From positions 1-64,000 of the forward strand of contig CAVTWJ010000016.1 of NCBI GenBank assembly GCA_963738405.1: 64,000 nucleotides of DNA, written 5' to 3'. The notes beneath the pieces were generated by a model. It worked only from the letters and a program-made list of their open reading frames with translations. It searched no databases and had not been told where the DNA came from. Source of the DNA: a candidate division FCPU426 bacterium (GTDB lineage: Bacteria; Oederibacteriota; Muellerivitia; Muellerivitales; Muellerivitaceae). The first letter of the stretch is position 1. The number at the start of each line of letters is the position of its first letter. The translations under genes were made by a program, and so were the position numbers. Of this stretch, positions 20,129-30,424 are shown in pieces.

Positions 20129-21224
20129 TCATTCTACCAATTTCGCTTTCAACGCCGCCTCAATAAAGGGATCGAGGTCGCCATCCATGACCCGGCTGAT
20201 ATCGTTCACTTCCACTTCCGTGCGGTGGTCCTTAACCATCTGGTAAGGCTGAAAGACGTAGGAACGAATCTGGCTTCCCCACTCAATCTTCTTCTTGGCT
20301 CCCGCCACCTTGGCCATTTCCTCGTCATGGATGTCTTGATAATACTGAAACAACCTGGCCTTTAGCATTTTCATGGCTTGATCACGGTTTTGAAGCTGGG
20401 ACCTTTGGGTTTGACAGGCCACGATGATACCGGTGGGCAAGTGGGTTAAGCGAACCGCCGTTTCCACCTTATTAACGTTTTGGCCGCCCTTGCCTCCAGA
20501 CCGGAAGGTGTCGAGTTTGATGTCATCCGACCGGATCTCGAATTCCACTTCCTCCACCTCGGGCATGACATCCACCGAAGAAAAGGAGGTATGACGCCTT
20601 TTGTTAGCGTCAAAGGGTGAAATGCGGACAAGACGGTGAACCCCCCTTTCCACCTTCAGAAAACCGAAGGCCCAGGGGCCTTTGACCCAAAGAGAAACGG
20701 ACTTGATCCCGGCTTCGTCCGCGACCTGGTAATCCAGGGTCTCCACCTCATATCCCTTGGATTCCATCCAGCGCAGATACATACGAAGCAGCATGCTGGC
20801 CCAGTCCTGGCTTTCGGTGCCGCCCGCGCCCGGATGGATGGAAAGATAGGCGTTATTAAAGTCGTACCTTCCCGTGAAATTACGGTTCAGCTCGAATTTC
20901 CGGAAATCCACCTCAAACCGGGAATAGCTTTGCTCCATCTCGGCAAGCAAAGCCGGGTCATGCTGTTCTTTGAGCAGTTCCTGGCAGGCCAGGAGATCGT
21001 GGTACTGTTTCTCAAAATGCCGTACCAGCGTTTGGGTGTCTTTGAGCCGGGAAAGCTGGGAAGTCACCTGTTGAGCCGATTTGGGATCGTCCCAGAAATG
21101 GGGTTGGGTGGTTTGAGCCTCTAAGCGCTCAATGTCACGGTTGACTTGAGCGGGGTCAAAGATGATCCCTCACTTCGGTGAATTTGCGTTCCAATTCCCT
21201 AACATCCAGTTCAAACAACGCCAA
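20129..21224 (-). CDS. prfB: Peptide chain release factor 2 with +1 programmed frameshift
   Basis: SPF and GGQ motifs; upstream frame (TTG 21224, [22 protein letters not shown]) ends in CTT TGA C and continues in the +1 frame as [13 protein letters not shown]...FWDDP. Confidence 0.95.
21155..21172 (-). other. prfB +1 ribosomal frameshift site
   Basis: Minus strand TG AGG GAT CAT CTT TGA C: slippery CTTTGAC (21155-21161) with an SD-like GAGGG upstream. Confidence 0.93.
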
Positions 21225-21376
21225 AACCACCACCACCTCTCTTGGGAAAATCGCCCTTCCGGAAGGCTCCGCCTTTCGAAGGGCCTGTTTAGCTTAAGGG
21301 ATAGGCCCTCCCGCTTCATCAAAAAAACCATTCAAATCTCAAAACCACTACTGGAGAAATGCGGCGAGGGGTCTTG

Positions 21377-21405
21377 TTGACAGGTATTTTTCCCTACTCT
21401 AAACT
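21377..21405 (+). promoter_or_regulatory. sigma70-type promoter for pheT
   Basis: TTGACA-17 bp-TAAACT, 48 bp upstream of the pheT ATG. Confidence 0.7.
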
Positions 21406-21452
21406 TTGCGTTTCCAAGTCTCATCCCTGTATTCAGGCCGCAAGGATCATTC

Positions 21453-23864
21453 ATGCTCGTCTCTGAAAAATGGCTCCGAACTTTTCTGGATTGTCCCGCT
21501 GCCCTTCCCGAAATCCTCGACAAGCTGGTGAAGGCGGGGGTTCCGGTGGAGTCGGTTCGCACTTTAGGCAAGGACACCACCCAAGTCGTCATCGCGGAAC
21601 TTTTAGAAGTAAATAAACATCCCCAAGCCGACCGCCTTTCGGTCACCCAAGTCTCCACGGGTTCGGAAACCTTTCAGGTCGTTTGCGGGGCCAAAAATAT
21701 CGCCCCGGGTCAAAGGGTCCCCTTGGCCAGGGTTGGGGCCGTGCTTCCCGGCGATTTCGCCATTAAAGCCGCCAAGATTCGAAATATTGAATCCTTTGGA
21801 ATGCTTTGTTCGGCAAAGGAATTGGGTTTGGCCGAGGAGGCGGAGGGAATCCTGATTCTCCCGCAGGACGCTCCCTTGGGCGAAGATTTTCTCAAGTACA
21901 TGGGTCTTCCCGATACCCTCTTCGAGTTGGAAATTTTTCCCAACCGCCCGGACCTTTTAAGCCACTGGGGGGTCGCCCGGGAAGTGTCGGCCCTTTTCAA
22001 TTGTTCCCTTCGGCAGCCTCAAACCCCCGCCGCGCAAGAAACCTCCACGGATATTTCGTCTCGAGCGTCCGTAACCGTGCAAAATCCAGACCTGAATCCG
22101 CTTTACACCTGCCGGATGATCGAAGGAGTCACGGTCGGCCCTTCCCCCCGTTGGCTTTCCCAAACCCTGGAAAGATTAGGCCATAGGTCCATTAACAACA
22201 TTGTGGATGTAACGAATTACGTCATGCTGGAACTAGGCCAACCCCTCCACGCTTTTGATTACGATCAACTGGCGGGTAACCAAATTGTGGTTCGAACCGC
22301 CCACAAGGGCGAGAAAATTCCACTTTTGGACAATTCGCTTCGGGAACTTCAAGAATCGATGCTGGTCATTGCCGACCGCGAAAAACCGGTCGCCCTGGCC
22401 GGCATTATGGGAGGAAGCAATTCCCAGGTGATCGGAACCACACGCAACCTGCTACTAGAATCAGCTCTGTTTCATGCCGGAGCAGTTCGTAAAACCGCGC
22501 GGCGTTTGTCGATATCCACGGATTCTTCGTATCGATTTGAAAGGGGCGTTGATCCGGGAGGCGTCCTACGGGCGCTGAACCGGGCCGCGCAACTTATTTT
22601 AGAAGTGGCGGGCGGCGCCCTCTGCAAAGGGGTCTTGGAGAAACGCGGACAGGTTCCCTCACCCTCTGCCGTGGATTACCGTTCCACGCGCGCCGATAAG
22701 ATTTTAGGTTTGAAAATCCCAGAGGACCGCCAATTGTTGATTTTAAAAAACCTCGGTTGCGAAATGACCAGCGGAACCCACCCGGGGTCCGCCAGGGTGA
22801 CGCCACCCTCGGCCAGGTTGGACCTGAACCGTGAAATCGACCTCATCGAGGAAGTTGCCAGGGTCTCGGGATATGAACAGATTCAACCCCTGGCGCCTAA
22901 AATTTCCTCCCATCTCTCCGCTGTCGGCTCCTCTATTCCATACGAAACCGAAACCCGCCAGCTATTTCACCAGATGGGCCTATTCGAGGCCGTAAACACG
23001 ACTTTCCTCCCTCCTGATTACGCCGATCGCCTTTGTTTAAACGAAAAGGATCCCCTTCGTGAAGGTCCAACCCTTTTAAATCCTCTGGCCGAGGATCAAA
23101 AGGTGCTTCGTCCCAGCCTTCTTCCATCTCTTCTTTCCAACATCCAATTGAACCTTTCCCACCAACAACCCCGGGTCGCGCTTTACGAATTAAATAAGGT
23201 TTTTAAATACCTTGCCGGACAGTCACCCGCCGAATCCTACCAAGCCGCAGCGCTGATGGCCGGTTTGATCCAAGAGCCAACCTGGACGGCCCAGGAAAGG
23301 CCCGCCGATTTTTACGACTCCAAGGGCCTAGCTGAAAGCCTTCTAGGGCATGCGGGACTTGAGAGCTTGAAATGGGAATATGGGACTCTGGGCATGCCTT
23401 ATCAAACCTCCGAAAGTTTTAAGGTATTCAACAGCGGGGGGCAAACCTTGCTTTGGGGGGGAACCCTCCACCCCAAGGTTTTGAAAAACTATGGCGTTAA
23501 CGGCGGGGTCGCCGCCATGGAGGTTGATCTGACTCTTCTGGGCCAATCTCTAACCGCCCGGCCCCAATACCGTCCCTTGCCTCGTTTTCCGGAGGCTTGG
23601 AGAGACATTGCCCTGATCGTGCCCGATGGTGTAACATCGGCCCAAGTATCGGAGGGGGTCCAGGCTCTGCAACCCGCTCACTTGGTTTCCATGGCCCTTT
23701 TTGACCATTACCGGGGAACAGGGATTCCTTCAGGGGCCCGCAGTTTGGCTTATCGCCTGCGGTTCCGTGACGCGGACCGCACCCTGACCGAAGCCGAAAT
23801 TAATGATTCACTGTCTAAGATCCTGGCCTATTTGAAGGAGAGTTTCTCCATTGCAATCCGATGA
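21453..23864 (+). CDS. pheT: Phenylalanine--tRNA ligase beta subunit
   Basis: HPQADRL, VCGAKN, SFGMLCS, NRPDLLS, SYRFERGVD, DLIEEVAR, C-terminal FDX-ACB domain. Confidence 0.97.
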   Translation: MLVSEKWLRTFLDCPAALPEILDKLVKAGVPVESVRTLGKDTTQVVIAELLEVNKHPQADRLSVTQVSTGSETFQVVCGAKNIAPGQRVPLARVGAVLPGDFAIKAAKIRNIESFGMLCSAKELGLAEEAEGILILPQDAPLGEDFLKYMGLPDTLFELEIFPNRPDLLSHWGVAREVSALFNCSLRQPQTPAAQETSTDISSRASVTVQNPDLNPLYTCRMIEGVTVGPSPRWLSQTLERLGHRSINNIVDVTNYVMLELGQPLHAFDYDQLAGNQIVVRTAHKGEKIPLLDNSLRELQESMLVIADREKPVALAGIMGGSNSQVIGTTRNLLLESALFHAGAVRKTARRLSISTDSSYRFERGVDPGGVLRALNRAAQLILEVAGGALCKGVLEKRGQVPSPSAVDYRSTRADKILGLKIPEDRQLLILKNLGCEMTSGTHPGSARVTPPSARLDLNREIDLIEEVARVSGYEQIQPLAPKISSHLSAVGSSIPYETETRQLFHQMGLFEAVNTTFLPPDYADRLCLNEKDPLREGPTLLNPLAEDQKVLRPSLLPSLLSNIQLNLSHQQPRVALYELNKVFKYLAGQSPAESYQAAALMAGLIQEPTWTAQERPADFYDSKGLAESLLGHAGLESLKWEYGTLGMPYQTSESFKVFNSGGQTLLWGGTLHPKVLKNYGVNGGVAAMEVDLTLLGQSLTARPQYRPLPRFPEAWRDIALIVPDGVTSAQVSEGVQALQPAHLVSMALFDHYRGTGIPSGARSLAYRLRFRDADRTLTEAEINDSLSKILAYLKESFSIAIR

Positions 23865-24204
23865 GCTCTTTCCGTCCGAACCGCCAACCTCCTGGCCCCT
23901 TCTTGAAAACCGCATCAATCGGCTTTTAGAAGCCATTGTGCAGCTTCGCAACGCCAACGCGTCGTTGATGAAAGAAAATGTCATTCTCCAAAACCAGTTA
24001 AAGGACAAGGAAACGGAAGCCCCCGCCCTCCCCTCCCAGCCGGTCTCGGCCGGACCCAGCCCGGAGGAAACCCGATTGCGCCACCAATATGACGAAGCCC
24101 TGGAAGATTTGAAAAAGGTAAAGACCAACCTCCAAAGACTTGAGAATTTGGCCCGCGAGTTTCACCTTGAGGATTCGGATGCTTTAGTCGAGGAAAAAGA
24201 ATGA
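23851..24204 (+). CDS. Coiled-coil protein, ZapB-like
   Basis: LENRINRLLEAIVQLRNANASL heptads; sits between pheT and zapA. Confidence 0.55.
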   Translation: MQSDELFPSEPPTSWPLLENRINRLLEAIVQLRNANASLMKENVILQNQLKDKETEAPALPSQPVSAGPSPEETRLRHQYDEALEDLKKVKTNLQRLENLAREFHLEDSDALVEEKE

Positions 24205-25070
24205 GCGAAAAAAAATCCGTCACCGTTCAAATCTACGGCAACGAATATACCCTCAAGGGCGAGGCCGACCCCCATTACATCGCCGAGCTGGCTAAATTCG
24301 TCGACACCAAAATGGCCGATATTGGGCGAAAATCCTCCGCGCCCGCCGCCAAGGTCGCCATTCTGGCGGCCATGAACATCGCCGATGAGTACCATCGGCT
24401 AGAAAAAGCCAAGGCCGAAAACCTGAAATTGATCGAAACCCTCGAAAAAAACCTTCTGGAAATGAAACGGTCTTCCGACGGCTCCCTGCGCCACACCCTG
24501 GAGCTGAAAGACCAGTTGGACCGTTTTAAGGCCGACGCGGGCGAAAAATCCAACCTCAACGAAGAAGCCGCCAAATCCAAAGCCGCGCTGGAGGACGCCT
24601 CGAAGAAATTGGCGGAGCTCGAATCCGAACTCACGCGTTCCAAGGAAACCGCGGCCTCCCTTAAGAGCCAGACGGAAAAAGTCCAACAAATGCTCGATTC
24701 GGAGAAGGCCAAGGCCGATGGGAACCTGCGGGAAATTAACGAGTTGAAGATTAATCTGGGGGAAGCCAAGGCGGAACTGGGAAAGACCAAGGAAGATGCC
24801 GAGCGTTTCAAATCCCAGTTTGAAATGGCACAGAAAGAACTTCACCAAGCCAAGTCCGAGGAAAACAAATCCGAAAAGGACGCTGAGCAGCTGCTGGAAG
24901 AACTGGAAAGGGCGCAAAACGACCTGAAATTCACCAAGACCGAGATGGAAAGATTAAGGAGCCTTTCGGGGAAACCCTTAACCCCATCCCGGCCCCCCGC
25001 CGCCCCTTCCCTGCCGCCCGATGAAAAGCTCCAGGCCCTTTTTCGGAAAATCGACGCTATTCTCGAATAG
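24201..25070 (+). CDS. zapA: Cell division protein ZapA with long C-terminal coiled coil
   Basis: VTVQIYGNEYTL...LAKFVDTKM...VAILAAMNIADE ZapA domain, then ~190 aa of heptads. Confidence 0.85.
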   Translation: MSEKKSVTVQIYGNEYTLKGEADPHYIAELAKFVDTKMADIGRKSSAPAAKVAILAAMNIADEYHRLEKAKAENLKLIETLEKNLLEMKRSSDGSLRHTLELKDQLDRFKADAGEKSNLNEEAAKSKAALEDASKKLAELESELTRSKETAASLKSQTEKVQQMLDSEKAKADGNLREINELKINLGEAKAELGKTKEDAERFKSQFEMAQKELHQAKSEENKSEKDAEQLLEELERAQNDLKFTKTEMERLRSLSGKPLTPSRPPAAPSLPPDEKLQALFRKIDAILE

Positions 25071-25095
25071 TCGATCCTCGCCCTGCCCCTTTTTC

Positions 25096-27627
25096 CTATT
25101 GGATCTTGACCGATTTTACCTTCCAGATTTCGTCGCAATATTCCTGGATGGCCCGGTCGCTCGAAAACTTTCCCATCCGCGCCACGTTTAAAATCGACAT
25201 CCTCGTCCATTGTTCCTGATCCTGGTAAAGTTTGGACACCCGATCCTGACATTCCAAATAGGAGTCAAAATCCGCCAAAAGCAGGTACTCGTCGCGGCTC
25301 AAAAGCGAATCCACGAGAGGCTTGAAGAGGTTCGGATTCTCTGGCGAGAAAAAACCGCTTGAGATCAGGTCCAGGACCCCCTTGAGTTCCGGCGATCTCT
25401 CAGCGTATTCCCAGGGCTTGAAACCTTCCCTTTTAACTTGGGCCACTTCCTCGGCCTTCAGGCCAAAAATGAAGATGTTTTCGTCGCCCACCTCTTCCTT
25501 AATCTCGATATTGGCTCCGTCCAGGGTTCCGATGGTCAAGGCTCCGTTCAAGGCGAATTTCATATTGCCGGTGCCTGAGGCCTCATAGCCGGCGGTCGAA
25601 ATCTGCTCCGAAAGATCCGTGGCCGGAATGATCTTCTCCGCCAGGGAAACCCGGTAATTGGGCAAGAAGAGCATGGTCAGCTTGCCTTGGATCTGCGGAT
25701 CCTCGTTGACCACGTCCGCGATAGAGCCGATGAACTTGATGATGAGTTTTGCCGTGGCGTAGCCCGGGGCCGCCTTTCCGCCAAAAAACACAGTTCGGGG
25801 CGTGATCACCGACCGGGGATCGGCCTTGAGGCGGCGGTAAAGGGCGATGACGTGGAGGGCGTTCAACAGCTGCCGCTTGTACTCATGGATCCGTTTTACC
25901 TGCACATCAAAAAGGGTGTCGGGGTTGACCGCCACCCGGTGCTCGGCCGCGATGAGCGCGGAAAGCTTTTCCTTGTTCAAGCGCTTGACCGCCCTCCATT
26001 CGGCCTGAAATTTCTTGTCGGCGGCGTATTTCTCGAGTTTTTTCAAATCGGTCAGGTCGGTGATCCACTTGTCCGAAATACGGGAAGTGATAAGGCTCGC
26101 CAAGGGGGCGTCGCATTTGCGAAGCCAGCGGCGCTGGGTGATGCCGTTGGTCTTGTTGTTGAACCGCTCAGGAAACAAGTCAAAGAAGTCTGGCACCACC
26201 GTCTTTTTCAGAAGTTCGGTATGCAGTTCGGAAACCCCATTGATGGAATGGCTTCCGATGATGGCCAGGTAGGCCATGCGGATGTGGGGTTCCACACCCT
26301 CCTCGAAAATGGAAACCCTGCGGAGCCGGTCCACGTCCCCGGGGTAACGGGTAGAGACTTCCCTTAAGAAACGGGCGTTGATTTCCTGGATAATCTGGAG
26401 GTGGCGGGGGAAAAGCCTCCCAAAAAGCGAGAGGGACCATTTTTCAAGGGCCTCCGGCAAAAGGGTGTGGTTGGTATAGGCGAAGATCGCCTTGGTCATC
26501 GCCCAGGCCTTCTCCCACTCCACCCCTTCCTCATCCACTAAAACGCGCATCATTTCGGCGATGGCGATGGTGGGATGGGTGTCGTTGAGCTGGATGGCCG
26601 CCGCCTCGGGAAGGTTGAGGATATTGTCCTGTTCCCGTTTGAAACGGCGAAGGATGTCCTGAATCGAGGCCGAAACGAAGAAATACTGCTGTTTCAAACG
26701 CAGTTCCCGGCCCTCCGGGTTGTTGTCGTTGGGATAAAGAATTTTCGAAATGGTTTCGGATTCGGTTTTGTGGGAAGTGGCCGCGAAATAGTTGCCCTGA
26801 TTGAAAAAATCAAGCTCGAATTCCTCGGTGGCCTTGGCGGACCAAAGCCGCAGGTTGTTGACAGTCTTGTTGCCGTATCCCGGCACGGGCGTGTCGTAGG
26901 CCTGGGCCAAAACATCTTCGGTTCCCACCCAATCGAACACCACCTTGCCGTTTCGGGAAACGCGCTGGGTCACATGACCGCCGAATTTCACCCGGTAGCT
27001 GTACTCGGGCCGCGGTATTTCCCAGGGATGTTCCTTGGCCAGCCACTCGTCGGGTTCCTCCACCTGGAAACCCCGGACGATTTTCTGGCGGAAAATGCCG
27101 TAATCGTAGCGGATGCCGTATCCGTAGGCCGGAATCTCAAGGGTGGCCAGTGAATCGAGGTAACAAGCCGCCAAACGTCCCAGGCCCCCGTTCCCCAGCC
27201 CTGCGTCCAGCTCCGCCTCTCGTACTTCTTCCAGTTTGAGCCCCAATTCATCCAAGGCTTCCAGCACGTTGGGTTCGACCTGAAGGTTGAGGATGGAATT
27301 TCCCAGGGTCCTGCCGATCAAAAATTCCAAGGAAAAGTAATAGACCCTTTTAACTTTTTGCGAACGGTAGATCCGCTGGGTGGACACCCAGTTTTCCACC
27401 AGCCGGTCCCGGATGCCGTAAGCCAGGCTTAAGAACCGGTCGTAATTGGTAGCCGTTAAGGGTTCCTTGACGAGCCTATATTTGAGGTTGTTCTCGTAAG
27501 AATGTCGGAAATCCGCGGGGGAAGTCCCTTTGTGGTAATCATGATCAATGGTGACCGGATTGGTACCCTGGGATGCCTTGGAAAGAGGTTTGGCCTTTGA
27601 GGTTTTATTGGCGTTATTCTTTTTCAT
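25096..27627 (-). CDS. glgP: Glycogen/alpha-glucan phosphorylase
   Basis: LGNGGLGRLAAC, QLNDTHP, KRIHEYKRQ, EASGTGNMK (PLP Lys). Confidence 0.97.
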   Translation of the reverse strand: MKKNNANKTSKAKPLSKASQGTNPVTIDHDYHKGTSPADFRHSYENNLKYRLVKEPLTATNYDRFLSLAYGIRDRLVENWVSTQRIYRSQKVKRVYYFSLEFLIGRTLGNSILNLQVEPNVLEALDELGLKLEEVREAELDAGLGNGGLGRLAACYLDSLATLEIPAYGYGIRYDYGIFRQKIVRGFQVEEPDEWLAKEHPWEIPRPEYSYRVKFGGHVTQRVSRNGKVVFDWVGTEDVLAQAYDTPVPGYGNKTVNNLRLWSAKATEEFELDFFNQGNYFAATSHKTESETISKILYPNDNNPEGRELRLKQQYFFVSASIQDILRRFKREQDNILNLPEAAAIQLNDTHPTIAIAEMMRVLVDEEGVEWEKAWAMTKAIFAYTNHTLLPEALEKWSLSLFGRLFPRHLQIIQEINARFLREVSTRYPGDVDRLRRVSIFEEGVEPHIRMAYLAIIGSHSINGVSELHTELLKKTVVPDFFDLFPERFNNKTNGITQRRWLRKCDAPLASLITSRISDKWITDLTDLKKLEKYAADKKFQAEWRAVKRLNKEKLSALIAAEHRVAVNPDTLFDVQVKRIHEYKRQLLNALHVIALYRRLKADPRSVITPRTVFFGGKAAPGYATAKLIIKFIGSIADVVNEDPQIQGKLTMLFLPNYRVSLAEKIIPATDLSEQISTAGYEASGTGNMKFALNGALTIGTLDGANIEIKEEVGDENIFIFGLKAEEVAQVKREGFKPWEYAERSPELKGVLDLISSGFFSPENPNLFKPLVDSLLSRDEYLLLADFDSYLECQDRVSKLYQDQEQWTRMSILNVARMGKFSSDRAIQEYCDEIWKVKSVKIQ

Positions 27628-27889
27628 GGGTTTCCTTTACATCAAATTGGGCATCATAAACTTGGGGTGTTCGTCCGATCATTTTGGATTTTTTAACATT
27701 TAAAAAAGAAGGCGCCCCTTGCTTCGGCTGGGAGGGTGCCAGCAGGGAACGAAATATTAGAAATCCGGAACCCAAAACCGCGAGGGAAATGGCCAGCATG
27801 AAGGCCACGGGAATCAAGGCCAGAACCGCTAAAACCAAAAGAGGCCCCATCCAAGCGGGGGCATTCCAAGACCTTATCACCATTCGCAT
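27614..27889 (-). CDS. Small membrane protein
   Basis: GGGAGGGG RBS, long hydrophobic stretch, overlaps the glgP start. Confidence 0.6.
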   Translation of the reverse strand: MRMVIRSWNAPAWMGPLLVLAVLALIPVAFMLAISLAVLGSGFLIFRSLLAPSQPKQGAPSFLNVKKSKMIGRTPQVYDAQFDVKETHEKE

Positions 27890-28096
27890 TCTATCCCCTC
27901 CCCCAACCTCTGCTTTTCACGATTACAAGTCACATGGAAGTAAAACGATAACGGAATGGGAAGCATTGTGCCGAAGCTCCGCCCAATTCTCAACTGCCGA
28001 ATGATTGGGTTTCTTCATGGAAAGTGCCACACCCACAGGAGACTTGAAATTTGTACTTTTCAATAGGCTAAACGTCAAAGAAAAAAAGTAGGCAAC

Positions 28097-28124
28097 TTGA
28101 CACCCGCAGGACGGGTCCTAGAAT
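28097..28124 (+). promoter_or_regulatory. sigma70-type promoter for 6S RNA
   Basis: TTGACA-16 bp-TAGAAT immediately upstream of the predicted 6S 5' end. Confidence 0.8.
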
Positions 28125-28130
28125 AACTCA

Positions 28131-28316
28131 AGGCCTTCTGCGGTGTTCGATCTTGGAATGGGAAATTTTGAGCCACAAAACAAAAAACGGGTTTCTATCA
28201 ACCTGCCGGGGATAGTCTTCTTCGGAAGCGATTGAACCGAACGGGCGGGAACCCACCTGACAACTGTCAGGCCTCAAAAGAGTACTGTTTCAACCGGCAC
28301 AGGCGGGGGCTTTTTA
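28131..28316 (+). ncRNA. ssrS: 6S RNA
   Basis: ~185-nt rod: CCTTCTGCGGTGTTCG pairs with CGGCACAGGCGGGG; TTTTGAGCC with GGCCTCAAAA; A-rich central bubble opposite CCTGACA-AC-TGTCAGG hairpin; GGGTTTC with GGAACCC; upstream of rarA and 5-FTHF cyclo-ligase. Confidence 0.88.
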
Positions 28317-28373
28317 TTTTTCTCAATCCTAACACCCCTTGCCCCTCCTCGCCCCCGCGCTTAACATAAACTT

Positions 28374-29723
28374 ATGGATTTATTCGATTCCATCCCGGAA
28401 GAAAAAGACGAAGCCCGCCCCCTCGCCATCCGCATGTCCCCCAAAACCCTCGAGGATTACGTGGGCCAGGAGCACCTTCTGGGGACCGGAAAACTTTTGC
28501 GGCGTTTGCTGGAATCGAACCGTATCGTTTCTTTAATCCTCTATGGCCCTCCGGGAACCGGAAAAACCGCCTTCGCCCGTTTGGTGGCGAGGCGGACCAA
28601 AAGCCGATTCACGGCCCTCAACGCGGTGACTTCGGGGTTGGCTGATCTGCGCAAGGTCTTTGACGAGGCCTCCGAAAACAAGAAACTTTACCAACGTTCC
28701 ACGATTTTATTTTTGGACGAGATTCACCACTTCAACAAGAGCCAACAGGACGCCCTCCTTCCCCATTTGGAACAAGGCACGGTGATTTTGATCGGAGCCA
28801 CCACCCAGAACCCTTTTTTCGCCCTCAACAACGCCCTTCTCTCCCGGTCCAGGGTTTGTGAATTGCGGCCCTTGGAGGAATCCCATTTGAACCTGATCTT
28901 GGATCGGGCCCTATCCGATCCCCAAGCGGGCCTCGGCCAGCACAAGGTTCAAATGTTTCCGGAGGCCAGGGAACATTTGATCAAGGCCTGCGGCGGGGAT
29001 GCCCGCTCCCTTTTGAACGCCCTGGAGGTCGGGGTGCTGACCACTCCCGCCGGGGCGGATGGAACGATCCCTTTCACCCTGGAAGTCGCGCAGGAATCCA
29101 TTCAAAAGCGGATGGTCCGCTATGACGCCGACGGCGACGGCCACTACGACACCATCTCAGCCTTCATCAAAAGCATCCGGGGCTCAGATCCGGACGCGGC
29201 CCTCTACTGGCTGGCGAAGATGCTTTACGCGGGCGAGGACCCCCGGTTCATCGCGAGAAGGCTGGTTATTTCAGCGTCCGAGGATGTCGGCAACGCGGAC
29301 CCCCAGGCCCTTTTGGTCGCCACGGCCGCCCAGCAGGCCTTCGAATTTTTGGGGTTGCCCGAAGGACGAATCCCCCTGGCACAGGCCACGGTTTATTTGG
29401 CCACGGCCCCCAAGAGCAACGCTTCCTACATGGGGCTTGAAAATGCCACGGAGGACGTGAAAAAGGAATCCACCAAAGAGGTTCCCGATCACCTTCGAAA
29501 CGCTCCCCATCCCGGCATGAAAGCCCTGGGGCATGGGGTGGGCTACCAATACGCCCATGATTTTCAAGACCATTTTGTCAGCCAGGAATACGCGCCCAAC
29601 CTGCCGGTCTATTACATCCCGACCCACCTAGGTTATGAGGCTAAAATCAAAGCCTGGATGGAACACTTGAAAGAATTGACCCAACCCAAGGAAAAGGAGG
29701 GTCCCAATGGTTCAACGCCCTGA
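28374..29723 (+). CDS. rarA: Replication-associated recombination protein RarA/MgsA
   Basis: GPPGTGKT, DEIHHFNKSQQD, ISAFIKSIRGSDPDA, ASEDVGNADP, KSNA. Confidence 0.95.
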   Translation: MDLFDSIPEEKDEARPLAIRMSPKTLEDYVGQEHLLGTGKLLRRLLESNRIVSLILYGPPGTGKTAFARLVARRTKSRFTALNAVTSGLADLRKVFDEASENKKLYQRSTILFLDEIHHFNKSQQDALLPHLEQGTVILIGATTQNPFFALNNALLSRSRVCELRPLEESHLNLILDRALSDPQAGLGQHKVQMFPEAREHLIKACGGDARSLLNALEVGVLTTPAGADGTIPFTLEVAQESIQKRMVRYDADGDGHYDTISAFIKSIRGSDPDAALYWLAKMLYAGEDPRFIARRLVISASEDVGNADPQALLVATAAQQAFEFLGLPEGRIPLAQATVYLATAPKSNASYMGLENATEDVKKESTKEVPDHLRNAPHPGMKALGHGVGYQYAHDFQDHFVSQEYAPNLPVYYIPTHLGYEAKIKAWMEHLKELTQPKEKEGPNGSTP

Positions 29724-30306
29724 TAACCCCGCCCCGAAGGACGAAAAGTCCGAATTGAGGGAAAAGCTCAAGCATATCCGCGATTCAGTGGATCGGGGGC
29801 TCGCGGAAACTTCCTCCCTGATGGTTTGGAATATCCTCAAGGCCCGAGTGGAATACCAAAAGGCCAAGGGTATCGGCGCCTTTGCCTCCATCCCGCACGA
29901 AATCAACACTTACCCTATCCTCGAAGGCGCCCTCTCCTCGGGTAAAAAGCTGTACCTTCCGAAGGTCAGTAAAGATAAAGAATATTTCGAGTTTTACCCC
30001 GTCACCGACCTTAAAAATCTCCAGCCGGGACCCTTCGGCATCCAGGAACCCACCTCAACCAAAGCCGCGGATTGGGAAGACCTGGACCTGGTTTTGGTTC
30101 CCGGCTTGGCCTTTGACCGAAAGGGCAACCGCTTGGGGTTCGGCAAAGGCTTTTACGACAGGGTTCTTCCCCGCCTGAAAAAGAGCTGTTTAATTGTGGG
30201 CCTGGGCTATGCCTTCCAACTGGTGGAACAGGTTCCCGCCGGCATTCATGATGTACCGGTAAAGGCTATTCTCTGTGAGACCGGGTACATCCACTGCGCT
30301 AAATAA
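29707..30306 (+). CDS. ygfA: 5-formyltetrahydrofolate cyclo-ligase
   Basis: VPGLAFDRKGNRLGFGKGFYDR, HDVPV. Confidence 0.93.
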   Translation: MVQRPDNPAPKDEKSELREKLKHIRDSVDRGLAETSSLMVWNILKARVEYQKAKGIGAFASIPHEINTYPILEGALSSGKKLYLPKVSKDKEYFEFYPVTDLKNLQPGPFGIQEPTSTKAADWEDLDLVLVPGLAFDRKGNRLGFGKGFYDRVLPRLKKSCLIVGLGYAFQLVEQVPAGIHDVPVKAILCETGYIHCAK

Positions 30307-30424
30307 GCTGTACGAATCTATTCAACTTTTAAAAATTTATAATCCTAAAACAAATGGGTCCATTTGCTTTTCTGGAGTGTTTTGATTACTCTTTGGGCCA
30401 GTTCCACCTTCGAAAGGCTTTTCA

